Source: an uncultured Chloroflexia bacterium (GTDB lineage: Bacteria > Chloroflexota > Anaerolineae > Anaerolineales > UBA4823). Taken from it: DNA of 64,000 bases. The notes under the pieces are model-generated. The model made no database searches, was not told the origin of the DNA, and saw nothing but the letters and a program-made list of their open reading frames with translations. Positions within the stretch are counted from its first letter, which is position 1. Each line of letters opens with the position of its first letter. Below, piece by piece: positions 9,097-19,825 of the stretch. A program made the translations under genes and the position numbers. The DNA is taken from contig CAVVAJ010000001.1 of the NCBI GenBank assembly GCA_963746255.1, positions 70,039 to 134,038 on the forward strand, in the 5' to 3' direction.

Positions 9097-11060
9097 ATGG
9101 TACCAAAACTATTCGTTACAGGTCTGGTGATTATATTGGCTTTGTTGTTGGGTGTCAGTTCAGCGACGGGTCAACAGGAAGGGACTGCTAGCACCTTGAC
9201 TCCCTATAGCTTCGCCTTCACTTACCAGGGCCAGCTGCAGGATGCTGATGGCCCGGTTACCGGCACTTGTGACTTGCAGTTCAGGCTCTGGGATGCTGCC
9301 AGTGAAGGTCTGCAGGTGGGCAACCTGCTTGAGATCAACGGGATACAGCTGCAGGCTGGCCTGTTCACAGCTAAGTTAGACTTCGGTGCTGAAGCCCATA
9401 CCGGCGGTGCCCGCTGGCTGGAAATTTCCGTGCGCTGCCCGGCAGGGAGCAGCAGCTACGAGACTCTGGCACCACGGCAGGAACTGACGGCTGCACCGGC
9501 TGCCTTGTCGCTGGCGCTGCCTTTCCGCACTCAGGCAAATAACTATGGTCCGCTGATCTGGATTGAAAACACCAACACCAGCGGAACGCTATCAACTGGC
9601 GTATTTGGCAGCGGTTACGTCGGTCTGAGCGGCTACAGCAGCTCGGTTGGCGGCATGGGTGTGCGCGGCAGTGCCAACCCTGACAGCGGCGTTGCCTATG
9701 GAGTCTATGGGGAGAGCTCTTCACCTGGCGGTTTTGGCGTCTATGGCCAGGCGACTGCGGAAAGCGGGGCGACCCTGGGCGTATCCGGATACAGCAGCTC
9801 GACCTCGGGCACCGGTGTCTATGGCTGGGCTGGCGCCAGCAGCGGAGAGACCTATGGCGTCTATGGCAAGAGCAGTTCCGATACCGGCATCGGGGTCTAT
9901 GGGAATGCCACAGCCAGTAGCGGAGAGACCTATGGTGTCTATGGAGAGTGTAGTTCTTCCCAGGGCGCTGGGGTATATGGTACAGGCTATAAGGGTGTTT
10001 ATGGTGTGAGTAGTTCAGCTCAGGCACCGGTGTCACCGGTGTCGGTTTTAAAGGGATCTATGGCGTCAGCACCTCTGACCAAGGCACTGGGGTCTATGGT
10101 GTCGGTGAATATGGCGTTGTAGGTACGAGCAGCACCCAAGCAGGTACAGGGGTGTACGGCAGTTCAGACGCACTCATGGGCATCTGGTGTCTAGGTGTTG
10201 GTGGACCGCAGATAATGAATTCAGACGCTGGTGTGTATCGGAAGTAGTGAATTTACCCAGGCAGTGGTGTCATGGATGAGCTACCGGTCGAGCGGTTCGA
10301 CCAGTGGGGTCTCTGGCAACAGCTTCTCACCCTGCAGGAACGGGAGTTTCGGGTACGCCAGCGCCGTAGTGGTTCAACCACCGGCGTCTATGGCGAGAGC
10401 ATCTCCACTTCAGGCCGGGGAGTGATCGGCGATGCCACCTCTGAAACCGGCACAACTTACGGCGTGGTGGGCTACAGCGCCTCGCCCGATGGTTATGCCG
10501 GCTACTTCCGCAACACCTCCAGTGGTAGAGGTCTTTATGTCCAATGGCTGATACGGGCACGGGCAACATTATTGAAGCTCGCAGCAGCTTCTCGGAAAGT
10601 GTGTTCAGGCGTAGAACGTGATGGCGATGTATACGCGGATGGAAGTTTCACTAGATACCGGCGCGTGACTATGCCGAGCTGCTGCCTGCCAGCGCCGGCT
10701 TGCAGGCCGGTGACGTGCTGGTCATAGGTGCTGATGGCAAGCTCACCCGCTCGACAACACCTTCCCAGACCTCGGTCGTGGGTGTCTATTCCACCCAGCC
10801 CGGTTTCCTGGCCGGGGCAGGCGAGGACGGTGCCGTCTCCGAGGACCAGGTACCCCTGGCTGTCATGGGTGTAGTGCCCGTCAAGGTCACGGCGGAGAAT
10901 GGCCCCATCCAACCCGGTGACCTGCTGACCACCTCCAGTACCCTCGGGCATGCTATGCGGGCTGGCCCGGACCCCCTGCCGGGTACGGTGATCGGTAAAG
11001 CGCTCGAGTTCTTGGGAGAGCGGTGTTGGGGTCATCCAGATGCTGGTCATGCTGCGCTAG
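9097..11060 (+). pseudogene. Secreted protein with G(V/I)YG...SSS repeats and a conserved C-terminal domain. It is broken into at least four frames.
   Basis: Signal peptide at 9097. ORFs 9097..10122, 10272..10727 and 10700..11074. Frame hops near 10020, 10230, 10545, 10650 and 11018. Confidence 0.6.
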
Positions 11061-11073
11061 AGGAGGGAGACTG

Positions 11074-11355
11074 ATGAAAATCTTGAAGATCTTACCAGTC
11101 CTGGCAGCACTGCTGCTGCTCGTTTCGGTGGCCGGTGCCCAGGGGTACTACGAACTGCTGTGGTGGTCGGTTGACGGTGGCGGCACGACATCAAGCCAGG
11201 GTGGCGGCTATTTGCTCAGCGGTACCATTGGACAACCAGAAGGTGGCGAGTTGAGTAGCCCAAGCTATACCCTCGACGGCGGTGTCTGGCGCGGTGGTGA
11301 GGTGCTGGAGCCGCGGCCGACCCTACCGGTCTATTTGCCGTTGGTCGTACGCTGA
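11074..11355 (+). CDS. Small secreted protein (93 aa) ending in LPVYLPLVVR.
   Basis: RBS gaggaggga. Signal peptide MKILKILPVLAALLLLVSVAGAQG. GTIGQPEGG...YTLDGGVWRGG motif. Confidence 0.65.
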   Translation: MKILKILPVLAALLLLVSVAGAQGYYELLWWSVDGGGTTSSQGGGYLLSGTIGQPEGGELSSPSYTLDGGVWRGGEVLEPRPTLPVYLPLVVR

Positions 11356-11559
11356 CGAGTGTCGTTGAAGTTATTGCTTGTTGATTGGTTTGGTTGCCCT
11401 CAATTATTTACGGGATTAGATGGATTTGCTACCCGGGGCATCAACTTAGCTTAGAAATTATATAAGCGGTTTCGATATAGGGGTTTTTCCCAGGAGGGCT
11501 GGATCATAAAGAGGTTAAGGGATTTTCGTTGTCATCTGGAACAGCTGGCCGGTCAACGC

Positions 11560-14500
11560 TTGTTCGCTAGCGTCAGGCTGACTGAGGTCCTGCTCGGGCT
11601 GAGCATCCTGCTGGTTTTGATCCTGGTCTCAACCTCTCTGGGCGGTCGCGGCTGGTTGGCAGGTAAAGGTTTGGGTGTCTCCTGGGCAGCCCCATTATCG
11701 CCAGCCCCGCTCACCACCCTGGCCGGTGATGAGCTGCACCCCGCAGTGGCTTTCAGCCCTGAGGCCAATTCTTACCTGGTCGTCTGGGAAGACAACAATT
11801 ACTCATCCCCGACCTATCATGGCATCGCCGGTGTGCTCGTCGGGGATCAGGGCATCCCTTCACAAGAGCCAATCTACATATCCACTTACAACCTGAACAG
11901 ATGCCTGAACCCGGATGTAGCCGCTAACCTGCAGACCGGCAAGTTCCTGGTTGTCTGGGAGTACGCCTATGATGAATCCGTCGACCACAACATTCATGCC
12001 CGTCTGGTTAGCGCTGATGGCTCACCCGAAGGGGGCGTGATCGATATCTCAGTTGTCACCACATATGAAACCTCCCCGGCGGTTGCCTATAATTCGGCCA
12101 CGAATGAATGGCTGGTGGTTTGGGAATCCGCCACAGATGTCCATAACCGCGATATCAATGCCGCTGTCGTGGACGCGGATGGGGTTGTGCAGAACGAATT
12201 CACCATCGCTAGTGGTCTGGACGACCAGGCTAATCCCTCCGTCGCATTTGGCTCACTCTATGAAGAGTACCTGGTGGTCTGGGAGGACCTGGCCTATACC
12301 AGCGAGGACCTCAACCTGCTTGCCCGACGGGTGGCTGGTGATGGCTCTCCGATTGGGGAGGCCTTCCCGATCTCAACCGCGGCTTATGAGCAGATGCTTC
12401 CCGAGCTGGTATACAACCCGGATTATGACGAGTTTATGATCGTGTGGGAGGACCATCGTTGGGCCTGGGGTGATGCAGCCGATATCTATGGTCAGCGGGT
12501 CAGTGTGGAGGGCGCCCTGGTCGGTGGGAACTTCGGCATCTCCTGGGAGTCTGGTAACCTGCTGCTGAACCCTGAGGTGGCTTACAACACCAACACGCAG
12601 GAATATCTGGTGACCTGGGAATACGAGCACTCCCTCTTAGATCATGACATCTACCAGCGCCGCGTCAGCAGTACTGCTACCCTGCCGGGCGCCGAGATAC
12701 CGGTATCCATTGATGCCAGCTGGGAAGGCCTGCCAGCCCTGGCGGTTGGTAACGAATACGATTTCCTGGTCGTATGGGAGGATTATCGCGACCAGTCCAC
12801 CCAAAATATCAATATATACGGCGATCTGCTCGCACCGCTATCCCCACCATCGCCTGCCACCGCGACCGTCACCCTGACCCCCAAGCCTTCCTTGACCCCG
12901 ACACCAACGCCCACCCCAACGCGCACGCCAACCCCGACTCCAACGGCAACCGAACTTCCCAGCCTCGATTTGCAGATCGACTCGCTCGAGATCACCCAGG
13001 GGATCCAGTGCAAGGATAACGTGGAGTGTGAAGAAGGGGACAACTCGGTGCCGCTGATCTCGGGGAAAGCGACCTACCTGCGGGTATATGTTAATGTCCT
13101 CGGCAGTACCAACCCGATACTGGGGGTCTCAGCCAGCGCGGTCGCCAGCGTGGAATTTACCCCACCGGTAAATGGGATCGCCCTCAACGAGACGATTAAC
13201 GCCCCACTGGTCCCAGACCGGGCTAAATTCAATGATACGCTGAACTTCTATTTCTCTGCCGATGATCTGAATTCAATGGGATCAATCAAGGTGACCGTCA
13301 ATCCAAACCACACCATCCCAGAGACCGACTATACCAACAACTCCATGACGGCTTGGGTGGAGTTCGTCGAGGCTCCCCCGCTTAAGATCGTGCCGATCTG
13401 GATCCATTACAAGTACGGGACGAAGTCCAGCTTTGTCAGCCCGGACATGCCTTTTTGGTTGACCAACTACACCGAGAATATCCTGCCGGTACCGCAGGTG
13501 GACTGGTTGATCATGCCAGGGTCACTGGTGGAGTGGACAGAACCGCTTGGTCCAGATGGTGCCAGTTGGGGTAAATTATTGAATAAGATCAGGGATATTA
13601 ACAACAAGAATGTCTGGTGGGCTTATTTGGAGGGTGAGGTAGGGTTTGCCCATTTTTATGGCATGTTCCCTAACGGTGAGCAAGAAGGCGGCTCTCAATC
13701 CGGATTAGGTGATGTCCCCGGATATAATGCGGTCGGTTATGTGGAAAAAACACACCTCAATCTGGAAGACCTGGCGGACAACATGGTGCACGAACTGGGA
13801 CATAACTTTAAGCGAGCTCATGCACCTTGTGAGGTGGATCCCCCTTTTGATACAGACAATCCTTATATCGGTAGACAATTGGGGGATTATGGTTGGGATC
13901 CGCAGGGAGCTGCCGGCGGGAAAGTGCAGTCGCTCCCTGACGGGTGGGTTGTGCCTCAGACAACCGCAGATGTGATGAGCTACTGCCAGGATGAATGGAT
14001 CTCGGAATACACCTACCGTGCCATCCTGGATTACCGCCAAAATGTTGCTTCCAGTAGTTCAAACCTTTCACAGGGATTGGCCACCAAGCTGGCTGCTGAC
14101 CAGGATACCTGGCAGTACCTGTTCGTATCAGGCTACCTGAGCGATACACTGACGCTCGACCCCTGGTCGATCTTAGAGGCTCCCAGCGGTTATTTCAGCC
14201 AAACCGGAGCGGGTGAATACACCTTGCGCTTGATGGATGCAACCGACCAGGTCCTTTTCGAGCGGCATTTTAACATGCAGGCCAGCATGCCCACCTTCTT
14301 GCCAAATGCGCCCGCTGCCCCTGAAGTAAAACCTTCGTATAGCTTTTACGAGATCCTCCCCTGGAACCCAGCAGCGACTAATGTAGAAATCTGGCAGGGG
14401 AATGATATGTTGTACGAACGTACACTCAGCGCCATAGCACCGCAAGTGACCTTGCTCAATCCGCTGGGTGGTGAGACCTGGAAAGCAGACGGCGATTACA

Positions 14501-15030
14501 CCATCACCTGGCAGGCGAGTGACTCAGATGGTGACCCGTTGTGGTTCGATGTAGCCTTCAGCAGTGACGGTGGGGAGAGCTGGCAGGTGATCGCCACCCG
14601 TCTTCAAGCAACCGACCTGCAGGTCAGCGGTAATCAATTCCCGGGCACAACCAGCGCCCTGATCCGCATCTACGCTTCGGATGGCTTGCGCACCACCCAG
14701 GCGACCAGCGGGAATTTCACAATCGAGCATAAAGGACCTGCGGTCTATATCACACTCCCAGCCGACGGCTCTTCAGTTCCTCCCGATACGCCGCTGATGT
14801 TGACTGGTTCCGCTTTTGATTGGGAAGATGGTATCTTGTCTGCTGAATCCATGATCTGGCACTCTAACCAGGTGGGAAAGCTGGGTACTGGTAAGCAGAT
14901 ATTCGTTAACCTGTCCCAGGGCTGGCACACCATCACGCTGACGGTGACCGACAGTGATGGGACTGCTGCCAGCACCTCCATCGATGTGTACTCGGGATAC
15001 CAGCTTCACCTTCCCTTGGTGCGCAGGTAG
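11560..15030 (+). CDS. Large secreted multidomain protein: N-terminal TM/signal, seven ~50-aa (V/I)VWE repeats, Pro/Thr linker, metzincin-like zinc protease domain, Ig/PKD-like C-terminal domains. It ends in LHLPLVRR.
   Basis: Intact 1156-aa ORF (TTG start, uncertain). HELGHNFKRAH fits HExxHxxxxxH. Linker PTPTPTPTRTPTPTPT. GWHTITLTVTDSDG is PKD-like. Confidence 0.8.
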   Translation: MFASVRLTEVLLGLSILLVLILVSTSLGGRGWLAGKGLGVSWAAPLSPAPLTTLAGDELHPAVAFSPEANSYLVVWEDNNYSSPTYHGIAGVLVGDQGIPSQEPIYISTYNLNRCLNPDVAANLQTGKFLVVWEYAYDESVDHNIHARLVSADGSPEGGVIDISVVTTYETSPAVAYNSATNEWLVVWESATDVHNRDINAAVVDADGVVQNEFTIASGLDDQANPSVAFGSLYEEYLVVWEDLAYTSEDLNLLARRVAGDGSPIGEAFPISTAAYEQMLPELVYNPDYDEFMIVWEDHRWAWGDAADIYGQRVSVEGALVGGNFGISWESGNLLLNPEVAYNTNTQEYLVTWEYEHSLLDHDIYQRRVSSTATLPGAEIPVSIDASWEGLPALAVGNEYDFLVVWEDYRDQSTQNINIYGDLLAPLSPPSPATATVTLTPKPSLTPTPTPTPTRTPTPTPTATELPSLDLQIDSLEITQGIQCKDNVECEEGDNSVPLISGKATYLRVYVNVLGSTNPILGVSASAVASVEFTPPVNGIALNETINAPLVPDRAKFNDTLNFYFSADDLNSMGSIKVTVNPNHTIPETDYTNNSMTAWVEFVEAPPLKIVPIWIHYKYGTKSSFVSPDMPFWLTNYTENILPVPQVDWLIMPGSLVEWTEPLGPDGASWGKLLNKIRDINNKNVWWAYLEGEVGFAHFYGMFPNGEQEGGSQSGLGDVPGYNAVGYVEKTHLNLEDLADNMVHELGHNFKRAHAPCEVDPPFDTDNPYIGRQLGDYGWDPQGAAGGKVQSLPDGWVVPQTTADVMSYCQDEWISEYTYRAILDYRQNVASSSSNLSQGLATKLAADQDTWQYLFVSGYLSDTLTLDPWSILEAPSGYFSQTGAGEYTLRLMDATDQVLFERHFNMQASMPTFLPNAPAAPEVKPSYSFYEILPWNPAATNVEIWQGNDMLYERTLSAIAPQVTLLNPLGGETWKADGDYTITWQASDSDGDPLWFDVAFSSDGGESWQVIATRLQATDLQVSGNQFPGTTSALIRIYASDGLRTTQATSGNFTIEHKGPAVYITLPADGSSVPPDTPLMLTGSAFDWEDGILSAESMIWHSNQVGKLGTGKQIFVNLSQGWHTITLTVTDSDGTAASTSIDVYSGYQLHLPLVRR

Positions 15031-15192
15031 CGCATTTCGGCAGGCATCAACAAAGGTGATGATGACATCATGCTGGGTTCAGGTGCCGATCGATTGAATT
15101 CCAAAACGTCATCAAAGTACAATTTACCCCCTGAGGACGACATTATTGGGGTGCTTTACCCAAGTCTAAGGATTAACCACCATCCCCAATAT

Positions 15193-15335
15193 TCACAGTT
15201 CGCGCCCAGAGACGATGACCTGGTACCAGGATGACGATGTTTCCTGCAACGTAGAGAACTCTGCCTGGGTGTAAACAATCAGGTCAATCCCCACCGGGAA
15301 TCCCACTGGCAGGTAGTCTGGCAGACGGTCTCGCC
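15193..15335 (-). pseudogene. C-terminal fragment of a nucleotidyltransferase (MNT-like) gene.
   Basis: Minus-strand translation ...LPVGFPVGIDLIVYTQAEFSTLQETSSSWYQVIVSGREL*. The N-terminal part is missing at the repeat boundary. Confidence 0.35.
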
Positions 15336-15364
15336 GGGACTTATCGGAGCTGCTGATCACGATG

Positions 15365-15881
15365 CTTTTTGGGTGAGGTTATTTGATTGTGAGTGCATGC
15401 AGCCGAGTGAGCTATTGAAGCGCGCTATTTCTAACTGGGATGACGAAACTATCGCGATATTGACGCAATATCTGCTGTACCAGACCTTCAGCAATAGAAT
15501 CTCAATTTATCTGGATTGTTTAGAGTCGTTACCAACGAACCAATACAGCGATTTGAAAAAGATATTCCAAGGAAAAGATGGCCGGTACCTGAGGAGAACT
15601 GCGCTGCAAATCCCAGGGATGGGGGTGATGCAGGATTATGAGCAAAGAGTGACATTAAATCTTGGATCGTGTTTTCGGCAGAGGCCTTCAGGTATATCTG
15701 CGATGATAGAAACCTTGCGAAATATGCTCCGGACAGGATCGTAATAGCACTTGAAACTTATCATTCTGAACAGGATGATAGCAATTATTGGTCAGACCTG
15801 AGCGATTTAAAAAGGAAAGTGGATATCGATGGTTTGGAGATCGATGTCTATTTGGCGCTCATCGCACGAATGAAAAATTGA
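15365..15881 (+). pseudogene. 5'-truncated, frameshifted second copy of the MUG-like gene's C-terminal region (copy 2 of the ~590-bp repeat, 15340..15935).
   Basis: ORFs 15373..15744 and 15669..15881 align with 6236..6800 (RLFDCECMQPSELLKRAISNWDDETIAIL...). Confidence 0.75.
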
Positions 15882-15941
15882 AAAACCAAAGCGGGGGAGT
15901 ACTGCTTTACTGCGATGCTAGATAGGATGTGGAGTCGCATA

Positions 15942-16313
15942 ATGTCTGAACCGGCACAGTAACCGGAATACCATCGACCACTGCCCCCGGCGGTTTTTCA
16001 TATCCTGCTGGCTTTGACCGACGCCGAAAAACACGGTTATGCCATCATGCGAGAGGTGGAAGATACCACCGCGGGCCGCATGGAGCTGGGGCCTGGCACG
16101 CTGTATGGCGCTATCAAACGGTTGCATAAGACAGGCCTGATCGCCGAAACCGACGAACGTCCCGATCCCGCGCTTGATAATTCCCGCCGCCGTTATTATG
16201 CGCTTACGGACCTGGGCCGGCGAGTGCTGGCAGCTGAGACAGAGCGTCTGGATCATCTAGTCAAGGCGGCTCGCCGAAATGATATATTCAGCCCCGAGGC
16301 GGCAGAGGGGTAG
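15942..16313 (+). CDS. PadR-family transcriptional regulator with an in-frame TAA at 15960-15962. The alternative is a TTG start at 16014, which would remove helix 1.
   Basis: MSEPAQ*PEYHRPLPPAVFHILLALTDAEKHGYAIMREV...GPGTLYGAIKRLHKTGLI...RRRYYALTDLGRRVL. Confidence 0.75.
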
Positions 16314-16349
16314 GCATCATCCTAAGAATGACCTAAATACTGTCCAACT

Positions 16350-16700
16350 TTATGGGTCCACTACAACCCACCCCCACCTCCTCCCAAATGGAAGGAGGAG
16401 TATCATTGCTTCGCAATAACTCGGAGATTTCTTGCGAAATCTCCACTGTATAAGGAGGGTAAGTTATGGGGAAAAAGAACAAGGATTTGAATGTGGTAAA
16501 AAAGCTTCCTCCCCCTTAGGTGGATGACCAAGGAGGGGAAAAAAAACTTCCTCGCCCTTGCAGGGGGAGGACAGAGGTGGGGGTCAGACCGACCCACCCC
16601 CCAGCCCCCTCCCAGTTGGAATGGGGAGTGATGCACTCCATGGGCAGCCATCCTCCCCATCCAGGGGGAGGACCGAGGAGGGGGTGTGATGCAGCCGATC
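16350..16700. repeat. Cluster of the GC-rich repeat family. It includes a ~35-nt relic of the DUF559 gene's RBS and first codons (about 16455-16490).
   Basis: ggtaagttatggggaaaaagaacaaggat matches 7357..7386. cagggggaggacagaggtgggggtc units. Confidence 0.75.
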
Positions 16701-16851
16701 GCCGCAAGACGGCAAACTCACAGCAGCCCGAACCTACTCAGAGAGTTACAGCGTACCTACACTGAGAGCGGCCAGATGCAGCCAGGTAAAGACCGGCGGT
16801 CAAGTATGTTCGTTATTGAATATAATATATAGGTATATCGAGCATAGATCC

Positions 16852-16892
16852 GAACTGGATGTGAACCCATAACCGTTTGTTTGTGATTACCC
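16852..16892. repeat. Degenerate copy of the 55-bp palindrome-containing motif.
   Basis: gaactggatgtgaacccataaccgtttgtttgtgattaccc. Confidence 0.4.
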
Positions 16893-16996
16893 TCTTAAGA
16901 TCAGCGAACTGACTCAATATATTACACCGAATTAGTTATTTATGCAGAGGGTATTATGTACATTCAAAATTAGCTAGGACTAGCGATGGAGGTGAC

Positions 16997-17215
16997 ATGG
17001 CGCAGGAGAAGAAAGCAACTCAGGAGCAGCGTGCAGGCCACTGGTTGAAATGCCCAATATGCGGCGGCGAGAATTTTTGGCATCGCGAAGCACAGCTCAA
17101 TACTCGCATGATGACTTTGTTTGATTTGGACTGGATAAATCCTCGCGGCGACTGTTACATCTGCGAAAATTGTCGCCACATTCTGTGGTTTTATGGGGAG
17201 GACGAGAAACCTTAA
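16997..17215 (+). CDS. Small zinc-ribbon protein (72 aa).
   Basis: RBS ggaggtg. CPICG...CENC pairs. Confidence 0.6.
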   Translation: MAQEKKATQEQRAGHWLKCPICGGENFWHREAQLNTRMMTLFDLDWINPRGDCYICENCRHILWFYGEDEKP

Positions 17216-17375
17216 CAGTTGGCCAGCGAGCATGCGCATGCACCTAACAACCGCTGTTGCTGAGCTCTACCGATAAACTGCATTTCAATAGTCCATTTCT
17301 CCGAACCCCAGGTTAACAATGACATTCCAAATCGCTGGAACAATTTTTTATCAAACTGGCAGTATTATTTCATAT

Positions 17376-17430
17376 CCCAATTGGATTTGAAACTATAACC
17401 GTTTGGTTATGATAACCGCTCTGTTAATCA
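17376..17430. repeat. 55-bp motif with overlapping palindromes ATAACC-GTTT-GGTTAT-G-ATAACC.
   Basis: About 88% identical to 17826..17880. Confidence 0.7.
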
Positions 17431-17560
17431 TCATGATTGATTAATCCGTGAACCACCCAAAAATTAAATAAAACACAGTAATTAAACTATAGATCCAATC
17501 GATAGGTAGTAAATATGAAAGGCTATTTCAATTGCGTAAACTATTCTGAAGGAGAAAACA

Positions 17561-17818
17561 ATGTCTGACGAAAACAAATTCAACCTACTTTATTTTGAAG
17601 GCTGCTCCATGAAAGAATTATACGAAACGATGGAGAATTGGCAAATAATATATCGAAAGCGTCTACTATCAACCAATATCCAGAAAGACAAAGGGAAATT
17701 CTGCTGCATTGCCCTGAGCAATCCCACCGAGGTGGTTATATGTAACGGATCTGGTGGAACCCAGGCGAATGTATCTGGCGGAAACCTGGATGTAAAGATC
17801 CATGGTATCTTTGCATGA
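17561..17818 (+). CDS. Hypothetical small protein (85 aa).
   Basis: RBS gaaggag. ORF flanked by the 55-bp motif on both sides. Confidence 0.55.
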   Translation: MSDENKFNLLYFEGCSMKELYETMENWQIIYRKRLLSTNIQKDKGKFCCIALSNPTEVVICNGSGGTQANVSGGNLDVKIHGIFA

Positions 17819-17825
17819 TTTTGTA

Positions 17826-17880
17826 TCCCAACTGGATTTGACACTATAACCGTTTGGTTATGATAGGTACTCTATTAGCA
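17826..17880. repeat. 55-bp palindrome-containing motif, third copy.
   Basis: tcccaactggatttgacactataaccgtttggttatgata... Confidence 0.7.
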
Positions 17881-18069
17881 GCATAGTTCACGACTTCGTG
17901 ATATGCCCAAAATTTACATAATATTCTGCAAATACGTCATAGAATCATATGCTGGGCGGCAGAAGACGAACATTACATGCAGCGAAAACTTGGTTTGATT
18001 TAGCGTATACCCTCCTTGAAATTAACCCTGCCGGGAGATTGATCAAAAATGTAGTCACACTCCGCCGGC

Positions 18070-18217
18070 CGGCGTGCTCGCAGGAAGGCGAGCGTGCGCA
18101 CCCGCACCGCTGCAGGCTATTGGTTTTATCCCCTCGAATGATTTTCACTTAGAACAAATCCGAAAAACCACCAAATCTGACGTGATATACTGCAACCGCC
18201 GTAGAATCAATGGTTGG
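18070..18217. repeat. ~145-bp GC-rich intergenic repeat, copy 1, ending just upstream of the DinB gene.
   Basis: Aligns with 21085..21235. The shared 3' block is caccaaatYtgacgtgatatMctgcaaccgccgtagaatcaatggtt. Confidence 0.75.
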
Positions 18218-18263
18218 ACTAAGCGCTTCCGTCAATGCTAGAATGAACCTAATAAGGAGCTGT

Positions 18264-18752
18264 ATGAAACCTACCGATACACTCGCGACGCTCTTTAATC
18301 ACAACCTGTGGGCAAATCTGCGCCTACTCGAACGATGCGCTGCGTTGAGCAGTAAGCAACTCAATGCCAGCATTTCTGGTGCCTATGGTTCCATCCGTGA
18401 CACATTGCAGCACATCGTCACTTCCGAACAATCATACTTTTCGCGCATCTGCACCGGTCAACGGTACGACCGCCCGGAAGATGCAGCGCCCTTGACGTTA
18501 GCGGAAATGGTGGAATCGGCGCGTACTACTGGTTCTGGCTTAATTGAGTGGGCACCCAAGGTGCAGGCTGGCGATACGGTCCAACTCGACTGGAAGGGCA
18601 CACCACGTGACGTGCCGAAGACGATCATTCTTACCCAGGTGATCAACCACGCTACAGAACACCGCGCCCAGGTCATGACGATTTTGACGCAATTGGGAAT
18701 CCAGCCACCGGAGTTGGATAGTTGGACGTATTTCGATGAACGGGAAAAATAG
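18264..18752 (+). CDS. DinB-family (DinB_2) protein.
   Basis: LFNHNLWANLRLLERC...SIRDTLQHIVTSEQSYF...INHATEHRAQVMTILTQLG. RBS aaggag. Confidence 0.8.
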   Translation: MKPTDTLATLFNHNLWANLRLLERCAALSSKQLNASISGAYGSIRDTLQHIVTSEQSYFSRICTGQRYDRPEDAAPLTLAEMVESARTTGSGLIEWAPKVQAGDTVQLDWKGTPRDVPKTIILTQVINHATEHRAQVMTILTQLGIQPPELDSWTYFDEREK

Positions 18753-18935
18753 AACGCGTTGGAATGTCCCGTGGACTGATCATCTTCACGAGGCGGCCCA
18801 ACAACGGCTTACAATTACGTTGGAAGCTATCCACCCGAAACAGACCCTCAAATCTTCAGTCAAATTTCGCGCTTGCGCATAAACACGCGCTGTTTCAAAA
18901 ACTAATTAGTTATTTGAGGCTTGAGGAGAGTATTA

Positions 18936-19318
18936 TGAAGGCAACAACGCTTCCAGAGCATCCCGATGCGAAATCGCCGGCGGGTGCAGACATTCGTTTC
19001 ATTATGGATGGCGAAATGGGCAATATGATCCACAGTACTGTCCCACCGCATCAAATAAATAAAGCGACTGTTCACGCAACCGTCAGCGAATTCTGGTATG
19101 TGTTGGAAGGACACGGTGAGATTTGGAGAGACAATGGCTTAGAGAGCTGCGTCACAATTCTCGTTCCAGGCACTTCAATCGACATTCCGGCAGGAACAGC
19201 TTTTCAGTACCGAAACGTATCAGACTTAGACTTGAAGTTCATTTGTATCAGTATGCCGCCTTGGCCGGGCGACTCAGAGGCTACTTATCTCGATGGTATA
19301 TGGCAGTCAACTATTTGA
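18936..19318 (+). CDS. Cupin-domain protein.
   Basis: RBS gaggagag. HATVSEFWYVLEGHGEIW...IPAGTAFQYRN. Confidence 0.7.
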
Positions 19319-19825
19319 TGGCTGTTGGGTATTCATCCTTGGTAATTGGGAAATATTAAAGGGTCCGCTTACGGCTGAAAACGGATCTGAAGGGGCACCT
19401 GCATCAAGGGTCAGCAATTCAGTTGTGAGGCACCCCTATGTTCACTTCTGGAGTGGTGTACAGCTCTACTAAGGGCGTTTCAATTTTTTTCAGATGGGAA
19501 AATGGGGGAATATTCTCTAGATGGGGAATATATTCAAGTAATGTGATTTCAGGTAATCCCACTCCAACAATCTCAGGATTATTTTCTCCGTGGAAAATGC
19601 ACTAAGGAAATTTCAGGACTATAATACTATCAACAAGATTGCAGGATTTCAGGCTATCTTGATTACCACAAACCGTTCTGTATAAATCTACCATTTGGCT
19701 TTATATACGGAAGTATTCCGTGTATGTATTGTTGGAGCTACAGAGAGAACAACCAAAACCCTGGTGGTCTGAATGCGGGACTGTCCATTGGGGTAAACTA
19801 AATCCCGCAAATAAGGAGGTGCATA

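Noticed and set aside
5038-16313. Stop-codon reassignment or programmed readthrough as an explanation for the in-frame TAG and TAA codons.
   Set aside because: All three stop codons terminate well-conserved genes at the expected positions elsewhere in the window. There is no SECIS- or PYLIS-like context.
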